DNA of 64,000 nucleotides, taken from the NCBI RefSeq assembly GCF_009914755.1, contig NC_060936.1; one strand, 5' to 3'. Source of the DNA: the human T2T-CHM13v2.0 reference genome, Homo sapiens. The translations under genes and the position numbers were made by a program. The notes under the pieces were generated by a model. The model was not told the DNA's origin, did not search any database, and was given only the letters and a program-made list of their open reading frames with translations. Within the stretch, counting starts at the first letter, position 1, and each line of letters opens with the position of its first letter. Positions 17,428-35,008 of this stretch are shown in pieces.

Positions 17428-17623
17428 CTACGTAGAGGAAACTTGTGTACAAGTCCAGAGGCTGCAGATATCATGGCATATTTATTGCTAATATATATAA
17501 ATACATACATATCATGATGCGTGATCATGATATCATGGCAGATATCATGGCATATTTATCACTAATATGTGTAAGTACATGCATAGCTGGATAACCTGGT
17601 TTTGGAAAATACTTGCTTTTTCA

Positions 17624-18360
<737 letters not shown>

Positions 18361-19437
18361 CATCTTTGATGCTTAAAGCTGTTGGAGTGGGCCAAGATCG
18401 GTTTGTGAAGGCTCTTACGAGCTGGTGTGAAAGATTTTGGACTCTACCCCTTGGGGAGCCAAAGTAGAAGTGAGGTGTCATCACACCTGCAACTTAGAAA
18501 GATCACTCTGGTCACCGGATAGAGAATGAACTGTTCTGGCCAGAGTGAATACTGATGGAGCCTTTGGGAAGCAATTGCAGCTCTCCAGGCAAGAGATGGT
18601 GGTGGCTTAGAGCAGCTGGGGTGGGGATGGAGGGAAGGGAATAAGTTGGAGAGAGGTTTAGGAGATGGAATAGACTAGATTTAGTAGGAGTCTGCATCTG
18701 GGGGAGGCAGCAACCCTTTTCCATAACGTCTTCCTTATGTTAAATTAGATGCAGGTGTCCCTGAGACTTGGCAAGTGGGGCTGTAATTTTCCTGTGCTCC
18801 CCACTGCGACCCCTTACCTGATAAAGCTCTGTCATCTGCTGCAGTCTTGCTGCCCAATCTTCATGGTACCTTCCAGGCTGCAGGGGCCAGCATAAAATAA
18901 ATAGCCCCTATTTCCCTCCTTGCCAGCTTTCCTTCTGCCTTGCCCACCCTGCTGTGCCTAGCAAGGGTTGGCTCCAAGTGCCAGCTTCTGAACCAGCATT
19001 ATTGTCAAGGAATGTGCAAGCAGCCGGGCCAGGGAGCAAGGGGCGGGGATGAGCATTCCATTTGCCATCTGTGGCTCAAGCGAGAGCTGTGCTGATACAG
19101 CCAGGGCCATCTCTGTGTGATGCAGAGAAATGCACTTCAGCTGAGCTGGCGATGGAAAAGTCATCTGTAGTCTCACATGTATGTCCCATGGGGTCACTGT
19201 GTTCTTTGACAGTGGGGCTGGGAGTGCAAGTCTGGAGATGAGAGGCTGGTGGTGAGGGGTGTGGAGGTCTGCTTTATCCTCAAATCCATTCCTCTGCTAA
19301 GCCCTGATGGGCACAGAATGCTACCATGTAGGGCTTTATACCTGCAGAATGGTGCTAGCCCTTGCTAAGCATATCATTGTTGTTGAAAGTCATGCTATTA
19401 GCCATTTTCAAGCATAAACATTTTATCTGGCATTTAG

Positions 19438-19804
<367 letters not shown>

Positions 19805-19849
19805 TTATCCGACAAATAATTATCTCTGGCAAATTGGAAAATTCCTTTT

Positions 19850-20420
19850 TTCTTCTGAGTAAAGCCCACCCCCAAATGGTACTCTGATCCCAGGGATGCC
19901 AAGAGAGCTGTTGTTACCTCCAAGAGATGCCACCTTTGGCCTTAGATGATTGGTCCAGAAATACACTTGCAGACCCAAGATGGACCAATTAGAATGCTTC
20001 CCTACACTTGCAGACCCAAGATGGACCAATTAGAATGCTTCCCTACACTTGCAGACCCAAGATGGACCAATTAGAATGCTTCCCTACACTTGCAGACCCA
20101 AGATGGACCAATTAGAATGCTTTCCCACACTTGCAGACCCAAGATGGACCAATTAGAATGCTTCCCTACACTTGCAGACCCAAGATGGACCAATTAGAAT
20201 GCTTCCCTACACTTGCAGACCCAAGATGGACCAATTAGAATGCTTTCCCACACTTGCAGACCCAAGATGGACCAATTAGAATGCTTCCCTACACTTGCAG
20301 ACCCAAGATGGACCAATTAGAATGCTTCCCTGGGAGTCTGGACTTAGAGCTGAGAGAAAAGTTATGTAGTTTCTAGTGCCTGAAATTGTAACATACAGAT
20401 AATGGTGAGTAGCTGTTTTT
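19850..20420 (+). mobile_element. Old MLT1(K-like) LTR fragment hosting the VNTR
   Basis: gattggtccag...acccaag.tggaccaat.aga...cttccctggga resembles the MLT1K-like copies at 44790 and 49830. Confidence 0.45.
19963..20331 (+). repeat. 41-bp minisatellite (VNTR), 9 copies
   Basis: Unit acacttgcagacccaagatggaccaattagaatgcttccct; copies 4 and 7 end in tttccc. Confidence 0.97.
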
Positions 20421-20544
20421 CTCCCATTAAGACTGAGGAAAGAGAGAGAGAAGGAGAGAGAGAGAGAGAGAGAAATAAAAAAAAGGAGAAGGAGGAACAG
20501 GAAAGACATAGAGATTGTTCCTAAGGCTCAGCTGTTTTCTACTC

Positions 20545-21058
<514 letters not shown>

Positions 21059-21328
21059 TGAAACACTTCAGTATTCTTAGAATAAAACTGCCCTTCTTGC
21101 TTATGCTTGGTCAAGGTGAGCGTCTTTTATGTGGATGAAGGACAAAAAGAAAGGTCTCTTTTCACAGACGGCCAACACTTTAGAATTCTTTGAAGGGCTA
21201 AAGAGAAAGTTTGTCTCAATTCCTGATCTTAGAAATTCTTTGGTGTTTACGGATTCTCCCTGCAGCGGGTACCCCCTGGGAAGTGTAGACCCAGTGGTCA
21301 ATGATAATTTTTAAAATGAAAGCTGGAA

Positions 21329-21651
<323 letters not shown>

Positions 21652-22337
21652 TTAATGGGCTAATCTTAAACATTCAGAGAACTCTTAGAACCCCCAAAGT
21701 GTCTGCATTTTCGGAAGCATGATGTTTCTGTTTCTCTTCCTATCATCTAAGTGGCCAGGGCCAGTTGTGGGTTTCCTCCTCTTCTCTACCTACATTTACT
21801 CCCTAGTGGGTCTCATCCATCCCTGCACTCTAATTCCATCCCTAGGTTGATGACTGACACCCAACTGATAAATCTAGCCAGAACTTCTCCGCTAGTCTCA
21901 GGGCTTATGCACCCGGTGACCTATTCAGCATCTCTTCTTGGATGTCTAATGGGCATCTCACACGTTGCATGACCCGAACCAAATTCTTAATCTACCCTTC
22001 ACCTGTACTTCCTCAAGTGCTCTTCATCTCTGTAAATGGCACCACTCCTCACACAATTACGCATGCCGGTTCTTGACTTCTCGCCTTGACTCATGACACA
22101 CATCCAGTTTATTAGCAAATCCTCTCTGCTCTGGCTTCGAGAGATCTCACATCCCACCACTTATCACTATCCTCACTGTTCCCACCCTAGTCCATGTCAC
22201 CGCTGCCTCTTGCCTGGACTTCCACAGCAGCCTCCTGACTAGTCTCCTTGCCTCTGCCCTGGCCTCCCTACAATCTATTACCACAAAGCAGCCAGAGAGT
22301 TACTTGTCTCTGTGTGTATATACATGATTTGAATGTC

Positions 22338-22640
<303 letters not shown>

Positions 22641-22649
22641 TCCTTTAAT

Positions 22650-23155
22650 TTTTTTAAGCAACTTTATTGAGATATAATTTACCATGCAGTTCACCCATTT
22701 AGAGTGCACAACTTAATAGTTTTAAATATGTTCAGAAGAGTTATGCAAACATTATCTAATTTTAGGACATTTTTATTACCCTAAAATCAAGCCTGGGCAC
22801 AGTAGCCATCACTCTCCTCTCCCTACTGCAGCACCCCCACCCCAGCCCCTGGCAACCACCAATCTACTTTCTGTGTCTGCAGATTTGCCTATTCTGATTA
22901 TTTAATATAAATGGAATCATATATCATGTGACATTTTGTGAAATTTTTTTCTGGTTTCTTTCACTGAGTGTCATGTTCTCAAGGTTCATACACATTGCAG
23001 CATGTATCAATACTTCATGCTTTTTTTATGACTGAGTAATATTCCACTGTGTGAATAGTGGACAGATCACATTTTGTTGATCTATTCATCAGTTGATAAA
23101 CATCTGTGTTGTTTCCACTTTTTGGCTATTACGAATAGGGCTACTGTGAACATTT
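22650..23155 (-). mobile_element. L1MB-type 3' fragment
   Basis: caactttattgagatataatt...ccctggcaaccaccaatctactttctg...aatggaatcat. Confidence 0.82.
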
Positions 23156-23504
23156 TAGATAGCAGGTCAAAGTATGTCACTCCTGTGCTCAAATGCTCCC
23201 ATGTTTTCTAAACTTAGAAGAAAATCACAAGCTCTTACCATGGTCTGGGAGGCCTCACCTGACCTGGCTCCTGCCTCCCTCTATGACCAGCCCCCTTCCC
23301 ACTCGCTCTTTATCTCTGGCTCCCTCTTCTCCAGCTACAGAGGCCTCCTTGTTCTACCTTGGAGTGCTCATTTCCAGATATTTCCAGAATTCTCTTCCTC
23401 AGTTCTGTAACATCTCTAATCAAATATCACCTCCTCCAAGAGGCCCCCTCTTGCTCATTCCTGATCTTGCTATCTTATTCTTCATTGAGTTTTCCATAAA
23501 TGAC

Positions 23505-23933
23505 TGTATTAGTCTCACATTGCTCTAAAGAAATACCTGAGACTGGGTAATTTATAAAGGAAAGAGATGTAATTGGCTCACAGTTCTGCAGGCTGTACAG
23601 GAAGCATAGTGGCTTCTGCTTCTGGGGAGGCCTTAGGAGACTTAAAATCATGGTGGAAGGCGAAGGGGAAGCAGGTGTGTCTTACATGGCCCAAGCAGGA
23701 AGAAGGGGGTTGCGGGTTGGGGGCGGGGTTTGCTACATACTTCTTAACAACCAGATCTTGTGAGAACTCACTCACTACACAGAACCAAGGGGAGATGGTG
23801 CTAAACCATTCATGAGAACTCCACCCCTATAATCCAATCACCTCCCACCAGGCTCCCACCTCCAACACTGGGGATGAACATTCATCTAACTGAACATTAG
23901 ATTTGGGTGGGGACACAGATCCAAATTGTATCA
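23505..23933 (-). mobile_element. MSTA-like solo LTR
   Basis: tgtattagtc...aaatacctgagactgggtaatttataaagg...ggggacacagatccaaattgtatca. Confidence 0.88.
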
Positions 23934-24859
23934 GTGATGCCGTTTCACTTATGTGTTTGTCTTTTTGTTTTCCTCCTAGGAGGTAAACTCGATGATAGTT
24001 GGGACTTTTCCACTGCTGTATCCTTTGTGCTTGGCATGATGCTTGGTACGTATTAGGAGCTCAGCAAATATTTGTTGAATAAATGAATGAATGAACACAC
24101 TGGACCTCGTAGGTCATCTACATAAATCTCTTTACATGACGGATGAGAAACTGAGGCCCCGGGAGGGGAAGGGTCTGCTCAAGTGCACGTGAGTAGTTGC
24201 TTAAATCTGCTGGTTCTAGAACCTGTGTTTGTTTCTTAAAACCCCCCACCCCCAGACATTTTGGTGCCTGGTAGTTTATATGCTAATTTAGTCACCTTGC
24301 CTTGCAAAATTATCTTCCTGATAAATCAATAAGATCAAACCTTTCAGATTGGGCATCTCTGACATTTTCCTCATCTCTCCAGCTACCTCTCCCATGGTTT
24401 CCAAACATATCCTACCCTGCAGCCTCCCTGAATGACTTGCAGTTCCTTGATCGCTAGATGTACCCTCAAACCTCTGTACCTTTACCCATACTGTTCCCCC
24501 TGTCTAAGCACTCTTCTTATAACCACCTTCTAGAAGTGATCAACTTGGACTCATTTTCATGATGGAGGTGGACTTCGAGTCCTCTGGGAAGTCTTTCCTG
24601 CCATGCCCTTCCAGCCAGACTCAGTAAGAAGCCTCTCCACTGTGTTCCCAAGGCCCCTGTGATAGCTACATCACTCTACTGGGATTGACTGAGTCTCCTG
24701 TAGATTATAGGTTCCACGCATCTACAGTGACAGGGATCATGCTTGTCATGCTCAAGGCTGTATCCCCATCCCCCTACCCAGTGCCTGGCACATGGAAGGT
24801 GCTGCCCCTAACTATGGGCTTAGGTGAGTTTCTTTGCTTAGATTGAAGGAGGTAAAGTG

Positions 24860-25235
24860 GGCACAGCTGACACTGTAGTGCCATACCCAAGCCTTCTTAA
24901 CTTTCAGTGGGCTCCGGCTGACTTCCAGTTACTAGTATCAGTGTCTGTGCCAGAACTTCCCAAAATCAATCAGCTCATGAGTAGCAGGCCAGAGTGTCAA
25001 AGAATTAACACCCTCTGCTTCAGAAGCCCCCCTTCACCAGTGACTTTTGGAAGCTGGTGTATAAATGCCCCAGCTCCCTCACTAGGTTATTAGGTGGGTT
25101 ATTTCAGCTGAGACCTGAGGGATTAGGAGGAGGGAACATGTATGTCTTTTCCTTTTCCCCAGAGTTTCCTCAAGGGATTAATGTCTGTGGTAGCTTGCTT
25201 GGTAGTAAGCCCTTTATTTGCTATGTCTTATCTAC
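24860..25235 (+). mobile_element. ERVL LTR16-class fragment
   Basis: gtataaatgccccagctccctc matches the reverse complement of the motif in the 17624-18360 element. Confidence 0.55.
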
Positions 25236-25258
25236 TTCTGTACTGGTGCTTTCTCCAT

Positions 25259-25627
<369 letters not shown>

Positions 25628-26119
25628 TAGCCAAAGGCCCCGCATGCATGGGTTCCTTTTTTTTTTTTTAATGACATCATGACGACATCAGCTTGAATGT
25701 ATCAGCCAACCAAAGAAACTCATAAAGCCAATTAGTTATATTGACACACGATGTTTATGGGTTCCTACAGATCAATTCATAAATATTATAAATTACAACA
25801 ATTTCTAAATAATGTCCTGTGACTAATGGCTCTGGTTGTAGTGGATTTTATCACTTTGTTGAGTACCTAATTGTCCTCAGCCTCACTGAGTGTTTCTGTG
25901 ACCTCCAGCAACATGACGGTGACTCAGAGTCTAGCAGCTTCAAGGTCAAAGAGCCTGCATTTCTAGCTTCTGTAGAGGGAAACAGGGACCCTGACATTTC
26001 ACTTTTGAAACTAACTCATGGCCCAGTCTTTTTAAAATACTTTTTTGGTAGTGGAAATTTGTTCCCTACTGAATTAGGAAATGTTATGTATTCTGACTTT
26101 TACCTGTGGTTTCAGAAGC

Positions 26120-26758
26120 CAATTCATTCATTCAGCAAATTTCTATGGAGCACTTTCTATGTACCCAACACTGTGCTGGGTACTGGGAATATAGTGATGT
26201 GTTGGTTAGGATAGGCTGGGATAGGGATACAGTAACAAGTTAACTTCAAAAATCCTAGACATTTAGTACAACAAAGGTTTTGTTTGTTTGCTTGTTTGTT
26301 GTTGTTGTTGTTTTTTCTCATTTATGCTATACATCCAGTGTAGAACAACAGAGCTCAGGGTCACTCAGGGACCCAGGCTGATAAAACGTCTGTCACTGCA
26401 GCAGGGGAACTGATAATTGGTGAGTTACCATGCCAACTTTTCTATGCTTCAGCCCCAAAGTGACACGTATCAGCCCATGAATTAATCACATGGCCCCAAT
26501 TAACTGCTGTCCTTGGAGAGCTTGCATTGTAGCTTGCACTGCACTGTAGAAGGCAGAGATCAAATAAATTATTACATAAGTAATTATTAAATAATAATTG
26601 GAGCAAAGTCTACAAAAGAGAATTCAGGGTCTTATGAGAGTGTAAAACAGGAGACACAATGCCTTCTGCTTGGTCTGGGATGGCCTCCTTAGGGAAGGGT
26701 TATTTCAGAAGAGACCTGAAGGGATGCATAGGGGCCGGTCAGGTAAACAGAGGGAACG
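26120..26758 (-). mobile_element. L2 tail with an old MLT1-type LTR inserted at ~26200-26505
   Basis: attcattcattcagcaaat..gagcactttctatg; gtcactcagggacccaggctga, aatcacatggcccca. Confidence 0.55.
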
Positions 26759-26815
26759 ACCTGCCTCGGCCTCCTAAAGTGCTGGGATTACAGGTGTGAG
26801 CCACCGTGCCTGGCC
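26759..26815 (-). mobile_element. Alu 5'-head remnant (~57 bp)
   Basis: acctgcctcggcctcctaaagtgctgggattacaggtgtgagccaccgtgcctggcc only. Confidence 0.88.
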
Positions 26816-27562
26816 GCAGGTTCTACTTTCAAATAACTTACAGTGGAGTTTGAGAAACAGGAAATCTATAGGAATAGAAATAATGCCAGTTAGTCAACAA
26901 TGACAGCTTATACGGTTGAGCATGTGCTGTGGCCAGTGCCTTCTGTGCACTATCTCATTTAATCCAATTTCACAACAGGCTTAGAAACCACTGCTCAGCA
27001 AGTGTCTGGGCAGGACTGGAACTTCTGTGAGCACCTGAAATTCATGCTTTTTACCACTGTGTGCTACTCCTCTGGAGTGGTTGCTCAGTGACTGGCCGGC
27101 TTAGCTCAGGGGCTCAGTGACTACCAGAGTATAAGGGAAAGATCATTTGCTTTAAGGCTGATCTTTCTCTGCCTTGCTAGTGAGTAACTGAAACTCCCTG
27201 GACCTCAGTTCATCATTAAAATTAGAGAATTTGGCAGATCAGAGCTTTTCAAAATCTTTTAATGTAGTGGAATAGTTTTAAAAATGTAATGCAATATATA
27301 AAGCAGAAAGGAGTGGTTAGTACTCTGGCAAGGGGGACCAAACGTCACCACTGCCTTTAGCAGTATTGGGGCCCCTCTGGGGAGCCTGGCATATCCTAAA
27401 TGCTCAATAAACCACTGGAGCAGCTAAGGTTACTTACATCCCCCAAGGAGGCTGAGTGTTACCAGTATTATGATTAGCTGTGGCTATTTAAGGATAATGT
27501 TGGACTCCTTTCATATCCTTTGCAGCAGGTAGAAAAGTGTCCCCACCCCATGTCCACATTTT

Positions 27563-28300
27563 TTTTAATTATACTTTAAGTTCTAGGGTACATGTGCACA
27601 ACGTGCAGGTTTGATACATAGGTATATATGTGCCATGTTGGTTTGCTCCACCCATCACCTCGTCATTTACATTAGGTATTTCTCCTAATGCTATCCCTCC
27701 CCCATCTCCCCACCCGACAATAGGCCCTGGTGTGTGATGTTCCCTGCCCTGTGTCCAAGTGTTCTCATTGTTCAATTCTCACCTATGAGTGAGAACATGC
27801 GGTGTTTGGTTTTCTGTCCTTGAGATAGTTTGCTTAGAATGATGGTTTCCAGCTGCATCCATGTCCCTGCAAAGGACACGAACTCATCATTTTTTATGGC
27901 TGCATAGTATTCCATGGTGTATATGTGCCACATTTTCTTAATCCAGTCTATCATTGATGGACATTTGGGTTGGTTCTAAGTCTTTGCTATTGTGAATAGT
28001 GCCACAATAAACATACGTGTGCATGTATCTTTATAGTGGCATGATTTATAATCCTTTGGGTATATACCCAGTAATGGGATCGCTGGGTCAAATGGTATTT
28101 CTAAATCTAGATCCTTGAGGAATCGCCACACTGTCTTCCACAATGGTTGAACTAGTCTACACTCCCACCAACAGTGTAAAAGCGTTCCTATTTCTCCACA
28201 TCCTCTCTAGCATCTGTTGTTTCCTGACTTTTTAATGATCACCATTCCAACTGGTGTGAGATGGTATCTCATTGTGGTTTTGATTTACATTTCTCTGATG
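27563..28300 (-). mobile_element. 5'-truncated L1PA (about L1PA6-8) 3' end
   Basis: ORF2 C-terminus ([12 protein letters not shown]...LETIILSKL) plus 3'UTR; TSD ccatgtccacatttt (27548, 28301). Confidence 0.93.
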
Positions 28301-28333
28301 CCATGTCCACATTTTAATCCCTTAAACCTGTGA

Positions 28334-28684
<351 letters not shown>

Positions 28685-29034
28685 TAAAGTTAAGGATCTT
28701 GAGTTATGGGGATTATACTGGATTATCTGGTGGGCCCAAGGTAATTTTAAGAGTCCTTAGAAGTGGGAAAGGTGAGTCAGAGAAGGAGATATGACAATGG
28801 AGTCAGAGGTCAGAGAGAGAGATGTGAGGAGGTTATGCTAGATTTGAAGATGGAGAAAGGAACCTACCAGACAAAAAATGTGGACTGCCTCCAGAAGCTG
28901 GAAAAGACAAGAAAATGGATTTTTCTTTAGCACCTCCAGAAGGAACGGAGCTCTGCTGATACCTTGATTTTGTCCTGTAAGACTCATTTTGGACTTCTGA
29001 CCTCTAGAACTGTAAGATCATAAATTTGAGTACT

Positions 29035-29212
29035 TAAAATTTTTAATTATATTATTATTATTTCTAGAGACAGGGTGTTGCTCTGTTGCCCAGGCTGGAG
29101 GGCAGGGGTGAGATCACAGCTCACTGCAGCCTTGAACTTCTGGGGTCAAGAAATCCGCCCACCTCAGCCCCCAGCGTAGCTGAGACTACAGGGGTGCACC
29201 ACCATGCCTGGT
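29035..29212 (-). mobile_element. Alu right monomer (FRAM/AluJ-like)
   Basis: TSD taaatttgagt (29021-29031, 29213-29223). Confidence 0.85.
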
Positions 29213-30713
29213 TAAATTTGAGTTTTTAAAAGGCACCAAGTTGTGGGACTTTGTTACAACAGCAATGGGAAACTCATATGCCCTTGAGACAAGAATCTAC
29301 CCTATACCACAAGTCACTTGTGTCCCTACTAATGACCAGATCACCAATTGTTGTTACTCCTCATTGAGGGCCGCCATGTCCAGCCACTATGCTTAGCATT
29401 TTACTTCTCTGATTTCACTGGACTTTCTAAACAGCCCTGTGAGTAGAGCCTGTCCTGCCCATTTAGTAAAAAGGAGGGGACCGGGGCTCTGAGAGGATGT
29501 ATCACCGGCTCAAGCTCACACAGGTAGAAAGCATGTGTGTGTGGGTGCAGGACTTGAAGCAAATCCAAGTGTATATGGCTCTAAAACCATCATTTAGCTC
29601 TTCTGCCTTCAGAAGACATCATTTCCAGAGGTTGCAAGACCCTGAGCTTGCAAACACTGCTTCCTGCAAAGTCAGACTCTGAACCCATCCTGGCTGGTGT
29701 AGGACATTGGTGTGTGTGGAAGGAGGGTGCAGTTTTGCACCATGTTTAATTTCATCTGAGCTTCCTCAGGAAGCTCAATTTTCTTCCCTAAAAATGAAGA
29801 GGAACAAACCTCCCCACTGCTCTTGAAATTTCTTCAGGAATAATTACTGAATCCTTGTCTGTTCAACATGCAGCATTCTCTATATGAAAGGAGGAGACAG
29901 GGAGAACAGAATGACTGCGCCTAGCTGGAGCACAAAACCAGGCTTATTAGGCAATAGAGCAGACGGATCTGGCTTTTATGAGCGTGGGGTCTTGCTGTGT
30001 GAATATTCATGGAGTTTGGAAGATCAGTGATTGAGCAAACAGATATAATTAAAACATACTAAAAACAAAAGTCACTATGCCCTTTTCAAATGTGCTTCGG
30101 TTGTTTCTTTTGGTAAGCGGGATTTAATATAATTCTTAACATTCGTTGATTGTTTCTAATTACCAAATCATAGATACTCATTTTGGAAATGCTGGAAAAT
30201 ACAGAAAAGGATCAAGGACAATCACCTTAAATCCTGCCAACCAGACCAATCATGGTCAACATTTTTGCCCTACGGAAGGAAACTTCATGATCACTCAGGC
30301 GGACTCCTTTCCTGCTGGGGCAAACAGGCCCAGGTTAAGGAGATGTTTGGTGTCAGATCTCAGAGTTGAAAGCAGGAATCTCTGGTCTTTAATTTGCCAC
30401 ATCTCTTCCTTTCTTCTTGCTGCTCTTCCGGAACCCTTAAAAAAATAATCTCTTGAAGAAATTCCCTTGAGATCAACTTCTGTCTTTTGGGGTTCCAGCA
30501 GGTCTCCAGCTATTTTCCATCAGGGAAATTTGAGATTCCAGGTCTGAACCACATTGCTTCTTTCCTTGTCACCTTTCTCTTTCCCCTTCTTTTTTTCTCT
30601 TCCTCTTCCGTCCCTTCCTTCTAATGGAAGTATACTGTACATAGTGCCTTTTAAATTTAACAATACACTAGGGGCATGTCATTACATGCCAACAAATGTA
30701 TATTATGACATCA

Positions 30714-31007
30714 TTTATTTTTTTTGAGACAGGGTCTCTTCGTCTGTCACTCTAGACTGGAGTGCAGTGGTGCAATCACAGCTCACTGCAGTTTTGAATT
30801 CCTAGGCTCAAGCAACCTCCTACCTCAGCTTTCCAAGTAGCTGGGACTACAGACATACACCACTGCACCTGGTTAATTTTTAAATTTTGTTGTGGTGACA
30901 TGGTCTTGCTAGGTTGTCCAGTCTGGTCTCAAACTCCTGGCCTCAAGTAGTCTGCCTGCCCTGGCCTCCCAAAGTTTTGGGATTATAGGTGTGAGCCACT
31001 GCACCCC
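30714..31007 (-). mobile_element. Alu (AluJ-like)
   Basis: gagacagggtctc..aatcacagctcactgcag. Confidence 0.9.
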
Positions 31008-31072
31008 AATACATTATTTTTAATGACTGTATGTCCTGGCATGTTACACCAGGATTTATATAACATATATAA

Positions 31073-31439
<367 letters not shown>

Positions 31440-32360
31440 TAACCATTATTTTTTAAAGTGCTTTGATGAACATCCTTGCAGCTAATTAATCATTGAGATA
31501 CATTTTTAGAAGAGGCCTTGCTAGTCAAAGGGTCTGCCCATTTAGACGGTCTTGATGCTCACCCACAGGCATACTTTCTAAAAGAAGACACAAAGTATTG
31601 TAACTGTATTACCCAGTGCCAGAAAAATTTTCAGGGTTCAGACATAGCTGTTGGCTGCTGTTCCCACCATGCTGACCTGCTGTGGCCTTATCCCAAGCAG
31701 ATGTTGCTACGAAGGTCAGCCTACTGAATCCCATCATTACCCTGCCAGGTCCCTGTGCTGGGCCAAGGGGTGGCTGGAGCCAAATCTTTCTTAACAGACA
31801 GGAACCAAAACACAGTTAGTTTCCAACCTTGAACAATTAATCATATACAGAGACACCTAGGTCTGGGGAAAATGGTTTATTTATAGCTGAATACTTCTTT
31901 CAGCCCCAGGTACATTTTGCAATTGTGTTTCATCTTCCATTCTCACACCTGGACTCTCTTCTAGACACCATCTGAATCATGAGCAGGAGGTCAAGTGCAA
32001 CACACTGGATTTCTCCTGGCTTGAGAAGCTCATGGACTAGGTTGGCTTTTGCTTTTGTGGCCTGGACTTTATGGCTGGGAGGAAGGTGAAAAGCCCAAGA
32101 GAGGTGAACTGTGAAATGCTTTACCTACCCACACCCAGGCCACTAGAAACTCCTGCCAAGCAGTAAGCCTTTAGCAGCAATGTGCTCAGACTTCAAAATA
32201 GCAGAGAGATGCTGATAACACCCGGAAGGAGGACTTCCCCTGGCTTGAGATCACACATGAGACTGGTAGAGTTTCCATAGAAAGCTCTCCCACCCCCTAA
32301 TTAAACAATCGATTAACTCAACAAGTATCTATTGAACGTTTACAAGCCAGGCGCTGTCTA

Positions 32361-32699
<339 letters not shown>

Positions 32700-33560
32700 C
32701 TATGTATTCCCCTGGGAAGCAGACTCTGGGGCAGAGACTCACACACAGTGGGTTTATGAGGGACGGCTCTTGGACATCTGTGGATGGGAGGGACTGAATC
32801 ACAATTGGGCAGAGGGGAATGTTGAGCTGTGATGTCATCTAAGTGGGGGCCTCAGCCAACCCCTCCAGGGAGTTCTGAAACTGAGTCATCCTTTAGGACA
32901 GACCATACCAACCAGTCACTCAATGTGGGGGTCCCTGGGATGTAACCTTGGGTGAAACAGCTCTCTTCAGCAGAGGCAATCCCTGTAGGGGGATTGGGGG
33001 CTGAGGGCAGCACGCTCAACAGTTGGGGGAATGAGTCCTTTGGTCCAGAAGGAGGACCTGGGTGGTGTGTCACTGAGTCCAACACAGCCCTCATGGAACT
33101 CACAGTGTAGTGAGTGTCTTGGTTTGAGTTCACTCCGAAGCAGGGCCTGAGGCAGGGACTTGGATGTAGGTAGTGAATTCAGGAGGTGATCCCAGAGAGG
33201 AAGAACGAGAGAATGGGAGAACGAGTCAGGGAAGGACAAAGAGATAATAGAGGGTGCATTGTTGAGCAAGTCCACCCTGTGGGACTGAGAAGAATGCATT
33301 CAGAATGATCCCCCTGAAGGACAGGAGGTGAGGTGTGTATCCACTGACTTCTATGCCCCATTGTTTGACGTTATCCCCTGGGGTCTGAGCCCCTTTGCAT
33401 TTATAGAATGCACCTGTGAAGGATGTTTCTGTAGTTTTGGGGAAGCTTTGAGGCAGAAAACCAGAGAGTTAGGGGACATCTGATGTGGGAAGTTGCCAGC
33501 AGACATGGACAAGGTCCCCATAGATGAGGCTGAAATTAGAGGCAGGTCATGTGGCACAGG
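32700..33560 (-). mobile_element. Two adjacent ERVL LTR16/LTR33-class LTRs (~32700-33090 and ~33115-33560)
   Basis: gaagcagactctg..gagctgtgatg..ggcctcagccaaccc; gaagcagggcctgaggcagggacttggatgtaggtag..ggaggtgatccca. Confidence 0.55.
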
Positions 33561-33664
33561 TCCTCAATTCTTTAGTAAAGATAAAATCTGCAGCAGAACA
33601 AATGAGGAAATTAATCTTGTAAGACCTTTAAGTAGGTATCTCCTCCAACCCCATCCCTTGGTAA

Positions 33665-34262
<598 letters not shown>

Positions 34263-34359
34263 CTTTGATCTCTGTCTCTTCACAGGTTCTTTCTTTGCCT
34301 ACAATCTCGCTCATCTATACATACCCTGAAAAAGAAGAAAAGGAAGACTCTTTCCTTGA

Positions 34360-35008
<649 letters not shown>

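Noticed and set aside
19963-20331. CRISPR-like array
   Set aside because: Units are contiguous with no unique spacers, there are no cas genes, and the context is primate genomic DNA. It is a minisatellite.
21110-21170. Donor (aag|gtgagc) and acceptor (ttttcacag) pair
   Set aside because: The implied intron of about 50 bp is too short for a typical human intron.
25819-26214. 131-aa non-Alu ORF
   Set aside because: It has a GTG start, no recognisable domain, and its 3' part runs into an L2 tail.
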